Shown: positions 52,301-61,300 of the stretch, piece after piece
Layout: each line of letters opens with the position of its first letter
How positions within the stretch are numbered: the stretch's first letter is position 1
Assembly (NCBI GenBank): GCA_963924565.1
Contig: OZ004608.1
Coordinates: forward strand, 15,934,001-15,998,000
From: Ascidiella aspersa
Lineage: Eukaryota
Reading direction: 5' to 3'
Length of the DNA: 64,000 bases
Notes under the pieces: model-generated
What the model was told of the DNA's origin: nothing
Seen by the model: only the letters and a program-made list of their open reading frames with translations
The model's database searches: none
Position numbers and translations under genes: made by a program

Positions 52301-55300
52301 CGATGATGATGGAGCAGAAATCTCCTTAATTGTTGTGTGGCAGTAACAACTATCGCGATTTCGTGTTCTTAGCACGTGTTAAACAGTAGACGCCGATTCG
52401 CCAATGAACAATGATCGATCTGTCTTCGAATACGGGTCGAGCACGGAAACGTTGACGTTTCGAGGCCGCGAATCGCAAACACAAAAACTCTTTTGCCAAC
52501 TCCCGACAACAATCAAAATGCCGGCGTGTTCCAACACCTACTTAAGCAGACACGAATTCGTATTTCGGGGAAAGAAGGTGCGGCGTTTCGCCCAAAATAA
52601 TGCGTGAAAATCGTAGTGGCATTTACATAGCGGACCGGCGGCACGTCACATGCTTGTTGCGCCGATTTGTCGAATCCTCTGTGGAGCACACAAACAAAAA
52701 GGCCAAGTCAAAATTACCATTTACATATACAACATCGGGTTTACAAAAGTTCACACAGGCGCGTTTAAACCAGGCCCGAGTAAAGAATTTCCATCTGCGA
52801 TACTTTCTAAAACATTTATAACATCCAAAACATTGCACTCTATTTAGTTATGGTTGAAACTTATGGCAGTCAACAAACGCAAAAAAACAAAATAAAGCGG
52901 TTCCTTTACAATCCCCCCTATTAATTGCGTTCTTTAAACCCAGGGACCAGCGACAAAAACAAAAACGGCGACCAAATGTTCAATTACCGCGCTAACAAGC
53001 CTTAATTCTGCAGTTTTGTGTGTTTTTCGCAGTATACATTATACAGTCTATCGTGTTTTAAAGGGTTGCTGACGTGGTGACCTTCGGTTCTTTCGTCACC
53101 CTGCACGTTAATTTCTATGTTTATTTGCATTTTGTTTTACAAAACCAATACAAACGTGCAAATAAAACATCTATCTATCTAATTCTCCCGACGCAGGTCA
53201 ACAAGCGCATGTGCAAGCCGGCGGGTATAGCGATCCTGCACAACGACGACATAGTGGTGTGCTGCGAGGACCAGGTGCACATCTGGACGCACGAGGGCAA
53301 GAGCGTGCTGGGCTTCGGCAAGGGCCAGTTCGGCAACTGCTCGAGCATCGCGGTCGACGCTGACAACCGAATTGTTGTGGCCGACGTCGGCAAGCACTGC
53401 ATCTCCATACACACGTGAGTGGAAGCCGTTTGTTTTTACACTTTTCCCAGGCTTCTCTATTTTCTGATATAAAACTGAGCGGTGGATTAGGTCGCTCAAT
53501 TTTTATGGAACAGTTAAAAGTGGGTAAATTATCGGCAGACAAAGAGGGTCGAAACCAGACGTATCGTTGTTGATTACATTTTGAAAAAAAAAAAACTGCC
53601 ATGATTTAAAAAACAGCAACGAATGACGTTACATTTGAAATGTAACTAAAAATTACAAACCTTATTCCGTGTCAACAACAACAGGTTTGCAACACCTTTT
53701 AATGAAATAAACCTAAAGACATTCATGGGCTTTTTAAAAGAAATTTATGACTTTTTAAAGACCCAAAGCCACCACTCGTCAAGTTTTAATCCAATTCAAA
53801 AACCAAAATAAAATTTTATTTTACTGCGGGACGTTCAAAACATATACCCTAGGTTGTAAACAAATTCGAAGATTAACTATTTAGGACTTTAAAATACATC
53901 AAGATTTTATGACTTAAATTAACTGTAGCGTTGCCTTTATTTTATCGCGTTGCGTTGCTTTTATTTCATCTGTTAAACGTATAACTAGTGGGGACCTTCT
54001 TTTTGAACCTTTGTTTTCGATGCGCAGTGACGACGGCAAGCTGGTGACGCAGTTCGGTGCCCAGGGGAAGGGGGAAAGCAAGCTGGTGGAACCCCGTTAC
54101 GTGGCATGTGACTCGCAGTGCAACGTCATCGTGTCAGACGGCGGCGATTGCAGCGTAAAGAAATTCACTTCTCAGGTACGTTTTGAAATTTTGTATTAAG
54201 CAGTGGATTTGCTTTTCGCACATCTATTTGAATTCGCTTGTTTGTCGTTAAATTGTCAGTTTTCAGTTACAAAAGTTGTCAGAGAAACTTTTCTGGGACA
54301 AACAGAAAAGTGCAAAACTTCCACCCGAATTTTCCTATGTTAACTATTAAATAGACAGGCGGTCGAAACCGAAAAATAAATCCTCCTAATAATATAATGT
54401 AAAATGTGAGTTTTTATACATTTCTACCACTGATCTACTATACTATTCAACGTAAAACAGCGAGCAAAAACTGCCATTCCACTTTCCAAAACCCAAAACG
54501 ACACTTTAAATTGTCCAGGGCGAGTTTCTGCTGAGCTTCGGCGCCGAGGGACCTGAACGGGGTCAGTTCCAGGGCCCCAGGGGCGTCTGTACCGACCGCT
54601 ACGACAACATTCTGGTGGCGGACTGCTGGAATCACAGAGTGGACATTTTTACCCCGGACGGCTGCTTCATGCGTCACATCGCCACAGGTAATGTGGATAT
54701 TGAATTACTACTATAGCCGAAACACTGTAGTTGGTGATACGGAAACAGGCATATCTGCCATCCAACGGCGTTAAGGATAATGTGGAACGGTTAAATGTAT
54801 TTTATCATCGTTTCAACTTGGTAGCAACTAACAAGTATTTCACACTGATTAGTTATTAAAGCTGTGGGATGACAAAACATAGGGACGGTTAAACTGTAAA
54901 GCAAAGAGGCCTCGTTTCGATTTCGTCTTTACTTTCTGAACAAAATTAAACTCGGAAGGTTGCCTCACACTTTAGTGCACGTAGTTTGAAGATAAAGCAA
55001 ACCTGTCAATTGTAAGCATTATATCACGAGCTTGCAGAAACAATAGCTTGGACATTTAACTGTACTTGAAATAGCGCCTGAACGACGTAAGCCCAAGAAA
55101 ATATACTTGTAGTAAGATGAAAAACCGCTAACGTGTGCTAACGTGAAAACCTTAGCGTCATTCCTGTTAAGAACGTCCAACAGAGAATAATATAACTAAT
55201 TTCGCGTAGGAGCAGACAGTCTCCACTTCCCTTGGTGCATCACGCTGACCAGCAGCGGCAGGCTCGTGCTGTCCGAGGACTACAGCTGGTCGGTGAAGGT

Positions 55301-58300
55301 CTTTGAAGTTCCAGGTGAGCGGAATCTGTGTTCTAAAGTTCGCGCAAACACGCCAGGGGTGAAATACATTCCGAAAAACTAAAATAGAAACCAGGACCAG
55401 TCAAAATATTTCAGAATGCAATCCGTACACAAAGATTAATGTTTTTGTTTTAATTAACGATTTCGAAAGTATGTGCGTTAAGGAAAATACTTTTACCAAG
55501 AAATAAATTTAATACATGACGTTTAGCGGAACCCGGGGCTCATCAGTGGTGGTGGCAATTAAATGAAACTAAAGTAGCTTTTACCGCCGATTAATTCACT
55601 CAGTCGCACTGACAATTTACTCTTGAAACTGGCCCCAAACGAAGGGAACGTCAGTAACCCCAGACCCCAATATCGGGCAACGCTAACGGCCGTATATCGC
55701 TCGGCAGAATACCGCAACTCGTCTTCGATTTCGTCGATGGATGAGATAATGTCGCCGACGCCGATTATGCCCGACTTCGAGCAACTTGCGGGTCAGATCG
55801 ACCTTCCCAACCTTCTCAGCAACAAGGTCTCGTGGTGGCTCACCTCGCCAAATCACAGCGACGGCGAGCACCAAGGTAAAAAATACTGAAATCTGCATGA
55901 CCGCTACATGATTTCTAATAGCACGTTTAATGGTGAGAACAATCAAAGATCCTTACGCAATTTTTAAGTATTTTGCTAACGATTATTTTGGAAGCTAAAT
56001 TTCAGATCTACACGTTTTAAAAACTTTTCGAGACGATATATATTGTTTGACCCGGGTTTGACTACCATCCTACAGCAATATTAAAAATAAAGTGAAAATA
56101 TATCCACATTTACAAATAAGCAAACAATCTTTTCGCCAGCAGGGCATCGCCACAACGAGCTGCACAACACAATCGCAACCAGCAATGTTTCGCGCAAACC
56201 CACGCGCTGCCTTCCCAGCAAGAAGTCCTCGTCCAGCGACAGCGATCTGACGTCGGTCGCTCAGCCAACCGTGGCCTCGCCCAGCTACGTCACGCCGGTG
56301 ACGTCATACAACGGCGGCGAGGTGACGTCGAATGGGATCCGGCACGGCAGCAGCACGAGCCTGAGCAGCAGTAACAGCGGCAAGGTGTCCTTCTCCGGCA
56401 AGATAGCGCCACCCAGCGAGCAGGTGCAGCCCGGGTTGGTGAACGGATCGTAGGAAAGTTCTCGAAGCTTTCTTCGAAGAAAACAAAAAAACTACTGTCG
56501 CCAAATGGGCGCCGCAGCGACGGGCCTCGACCCGAGGAGAGAAGCGGTGTTGTACTTTGTTTATGTTGGTTTATGCAATGTTTATCGCTTTCCAAACTTG
56601 ATCTCCGTGCGTGCCGGACTAGGCAACACCAAAAACAACGACAAAAATCAGATGACGTTTTTGCTAAAACAATTATTGCCGGACACTCAAGCACAATCCA
56701 TGTTGGTCGTTGAACAGGTGTTGCTACGCGAACGCTTGTTGTTTATATGGCTGCAGTTTACTACCTTTCCCTGCAAGCGCGTTGTTTTGCTGTATATGGT
56801 CGTTTTGTTGTTGTAGTTGTTTCGGGCGGGAGTCATTTTGTTCGAAGTTGTACAGTGACTGCCGAAAATCGACACTTTATGATGCGGAAATATTGTATAT
56901 TTTGAAATTTTTGTTACTTTTTATTCGCCAAATATGCCCTTTTTTCGTTGGCTTCCTTACTAAACCAAATAAAGTACTAAATCTTAATTTGCTCGATCGT
57001 ATCAGTTCAGGCACTTCATGCAAACATGCAATTATTTATCTAGTTATGGAAAGATCTAACGAAATAAAACGAATTAGCTTTGATGTCCTCAACAATGCGC
57101 AACAAGATTAACACAAGTAATCGCGTCCGGATTGTTTATAAACCAGTATTAAGGATTTATAGTTAAAATATGTTAACGGGTAAATCATGAAGTGAAATGT
57201 TACATTTAGTAAGCAGATGGAAAACATATGGACATTATTAGTACCTCCACAGTCAGTATACAATCTGGTCATAAAAGCAGAAATGTAAAATCACTCGAGA
57301 TAGGTTGAGAATCGAACAAAATCGCTATCACCAGCTACTGTGTTAAAACACAAATAAACTTTACATTTAAACGAGAATTATTATCAAATCAAGAAAATGT
57401 CATCCCTTCAGCCATTCAACATATTCAATCCCATAGCAAAAATTTCTGTGTTTCTTGGTCAACATTTTTAAACCGACAAAAACTGAAAAAGGGTGCGATG
57501 TATACCCGTCACAAATACACTTCTATCACAAAACAGCCACAACTGAATTGGCTCAAGCATGCTTGGATTGCATGTCAATAAATCGAAACAATCTTCTATA
57601 GAATACTGAACTATTTCTGCTGTACACTAAATAAAAATGATTGATCAAGACTTACTCGTTTGGATCCAGTCGTTCAGACTCGCTTTGTAGGGTTTCCCAG
57701 TTCTTTCCCAGCTCCTGAAGGAAAACGATATTAAGCAGTGTTGTAAACAAGCCAGCAAAACTTAAGTTTAATCAAGTATAGTTAAACAAATAACAAGCAC
57801 AAGTCCCAGTTAAGTCATAATTAGAACAAGTCAATTCCAAGTCTAGTCCTTGTCGTAAAAAAGTAACTCGACCGATTATGAGGAATAACTCCCCTAAAAA
57901 ATAACAAAGGCAACATCTAGCAAGCAAATTGTTTGATGTACAAAACTTTGCTATTTCATGAATTAGCATTAAACAAATTTATTCCAGGTTTGTTAACTTA
58001 GAAAGCTAACGAGTGAGACGTTATAACTTTCCACTTTTCAGTGATGTTGTAAATTATTGTAGTCCGGTTTTAATTTAGGGCCATGTAATTACGATGCTGT
58101 AATGATTTGAGTTTCAATATGGCTCGGACCTTAATCTGATCTGGCTTTAAAGGGTGCATGTAAACGGGCTTAACTGCATCTTCACAACCAAATTAAACAC
58201 TCAATTAATTTGACCGATACTGCGGAAAATTCTGAACTAATTGAAAATTAAAATCAAATAAGACATATCTTCATTTAGGCATAAAACTTTGCACACAAGC

Positions 58301-61300
58301 CAGGTGTACCTTCTATCTAAGATTACTAATCAGAACGTTGGTCAAATAGATGAATCAGGTGGCAATATATAAAGACCAATTGTATTACCTTCTCGACAAG
58401 CTTTCGCAAAACCGTGCTTCATCAGGTCAAAGTGTGGTTGTGCGAAAGCTTGTCGAGAATTAAATACAATTTGTCTGTATATAGTGTCACTTCATGTATT
58501 TACAATTAGACAAATACGGCTATTTACAAAGATTGGTCAAACAGGTACACTTTAAAGTTTAAACGCTTCATAGTGGGTCCGTTAGGTGGCATTAACCCAT
58601 CATATGCTGTTGTGACTTAAAGTAATAATAGGCATATATATATATATATAGTGAATAGTGATTCATTTAAATTCGCAATTCTCACAATAATTTAAAATTG
58701 ATATAATAGATTCTATTAAATGGAAAAATGGAAACAATTTCTTCAGATTGTTACGTCGGCATGGGATTTAATATAGTTTTACTTTGCTGAATGGTTATGT
58801 ATGACATGGCTAGATTTAATTAGATTGATTCTGAGCAAAATTGCTCTAAAATTAAAGAAAACTGCTGAAGCAAGTTTAGCGAATGAGAGCTGTAGTTACG
58901 GGTAAGTAGGCACTGGCCCTTAAGACGAGGGGCCTAAGTCTCTTACACGTTCCTTGTAGGTATATGACTCCAAGGAGCAGGCCGCTAAAATACCTGTCCT
59001 TAACTTCTTTAAGTTCTTTAACTCTGGACAGAGTAACTTCACTCAGTTAATATTGCTCGTTGAAAATATATTCACAAACCTCAAAAAACACGCTAAAATA
59101 ACGCGGTTATTGAAGCTGTTAGTCTATAAGACGTATTGAGTAGAATGAAGTGCGAAACGCTAATCATGCTATCCGCTCTTGGCCACACGTCCGTGGACAC
59201 TAGTTACGTGCTTTATGATGTCAAATTGGGCAAAACAGTGGAATTAGATATAGAAATAACTTCCAAACTCTACACAATAGACGTCATGGCTACTATAAAT
59301 TAAATCGAACTTATTTCACTACTTACGTTTGAATTGTTCAGCTTAAAAAACAAAAAAAATACAGTGAAGAGAATATTTGAAAGGCTTTACTTTTTACTGT
59401 TATACATGCACATACGCTTAGTATTTGGGTGCAAAGAGTATAATCCTTATTTTTGTTATTACTCACTGTTACGTGTTCCCTAACACATTAAACACCTAAA
59501 TTAATTAATTGCCTTAAGCTAAATCTTAGAGTTCATTAAGTTATTTTACGAATTGATAAATAGGAAGTACGCGTTTCAGCTTTCGTTTGCCAAATATTTT
59601 CTTCAGTTAAATAATATCATATTTGATGATTTAATGTTTTCCGTATTGTGGTGTGTAAAATTCCTGAGTTTTCGTACTTCCGCTCGCCTCGTTTCAAACT
59701 TGACATGTAACCTTTAATCTCGTAATCTTATAACTGTCAGTCTTGCGGGCGGTGTTCTCACGTTCTGCAAAACAAGCCACCTATTTTGCTAGCGTCTGAC
59801 TCCCGCTGCAAATTGGCCTTAGCCGCTGTAATGCCTAGCCATGTTTTCAGAGCGCCGGCCAGTCTTATTGGCCAAATATGACGTAACTTTCGTGTTCTTT
59901 ATACATGTCGTTTCGCATTCTCTTGAAAAGTATTTTGCGCAGTCTTAGCCGACAGTCGCTGCAATAGGCCGTCGCTGTCACCGTAACTTCTAATCAAATA
60001 TACGTTCAATAATGCTATTTGACAACCTTTTACTGCACATTGTAACAATATACTTTTAATTGAAATTTTAGTTGTGGTTATGACAGGTAGCATATCTGAC
60101 CAGAAATCTTCGCCAACCAATAAGAACTCACGCGGCTGCGACCCGCCGGACAGCTGTATGGGGTCAGGGGCAAGGCCCCAGAACACAAGTCGCGGTAGGG
60201 CGTAACACTCACCAAATAGTTGATGATGTAATATTTGTCGTAGCTCTTGTTCTTAGGGTTGAGACGACGGTGCACCTTCTTCCGCATGTGTTCGCGTAGC
60301 GAGGCGCGATCCTTGAACAACTTCTCACAAAATAGACATTGTAGCCTAAAAAATAGCAAAAAACGGTAAAGGCAGCCCATTTAAAAAATGACTACATGAC
60401 AATGGCAAATTATGCAGAAATAAAAGGTCACTGTAAGAGTCAACTCAGAGATCAAAAAAAGTGTCCAAAAACTAAGCGGCAAAATATAGATATATAAGAC
60501 AAATTGTATATTTAATTAAGATGAGGATATGAGGAAAAATCAAGTTCAACTCACGCATCAAGCATCTGCTGGATTTCGTCCAAAAATTCGCGAACGTTTA
60601 CTGCAATTACAAACAAAACAGTAAAGAAAATTGTTGAAACATTTTGAACGAATTGTATGCTGCATATAATTAAAATAAGTGTAAAATAAAAAAAGCCTTT
60701 TTGTTCAAGTGCCAATTTTACCCATAGTTGGTTGAGCCACTTCTTAACCGAATTGTTTAATATTAAACGTTACTAATGGCGAGTGAATTATCACATAAAA
60801 ATTTTGTTCATTGCCAAAAATAGTTATAAATTAAATCAAAACTTAGCTTCACTGGTAGCAACTTATATTACGCCATAAATAACTTGTGAACACAACCTAT
60901 GTTGTCTGGATGTCCAATATTGAAGTTGTGATCCTCTGTCATGTGATTGAAAAGTAGAATTCTGTTTCCCTGTGGTCATACAAAATAATGATTACAATAT
61001 AGCAAATTGTAACTTACAGTTTGTGCAGGATAACCAAAACCGGCGGAATCAAAATTGCTTCATGTAATATTTTTTTACTCATACAATACTGAGAAACTAA
61101 TTTAAAGAATAGCTTTTTTTGTTTATTGTGTCACAGATAAGACAAACTATTTTAGTTATCCTGATCCAATATAATGCCATCATGCTTTAAAATGTTTTTT
61201 CTCCAAAAAAAAACCAAAACTGCAAACCAGAGTCAGGCCTAAACCATGGCTTTAAATAATGAGTAAAAATGAATAATTATCTGGAAAAATATATCTGCTA

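Noticed and set aside
55512-55552. Hammerhead-like string on the minus strand (CUGAUGA-GC...GC-UAAA-CGUC)
   Set aside because: The essential G12 is U, stem II is 2 bp and stem I does not pair. It is at most a dead relic or a chance match.
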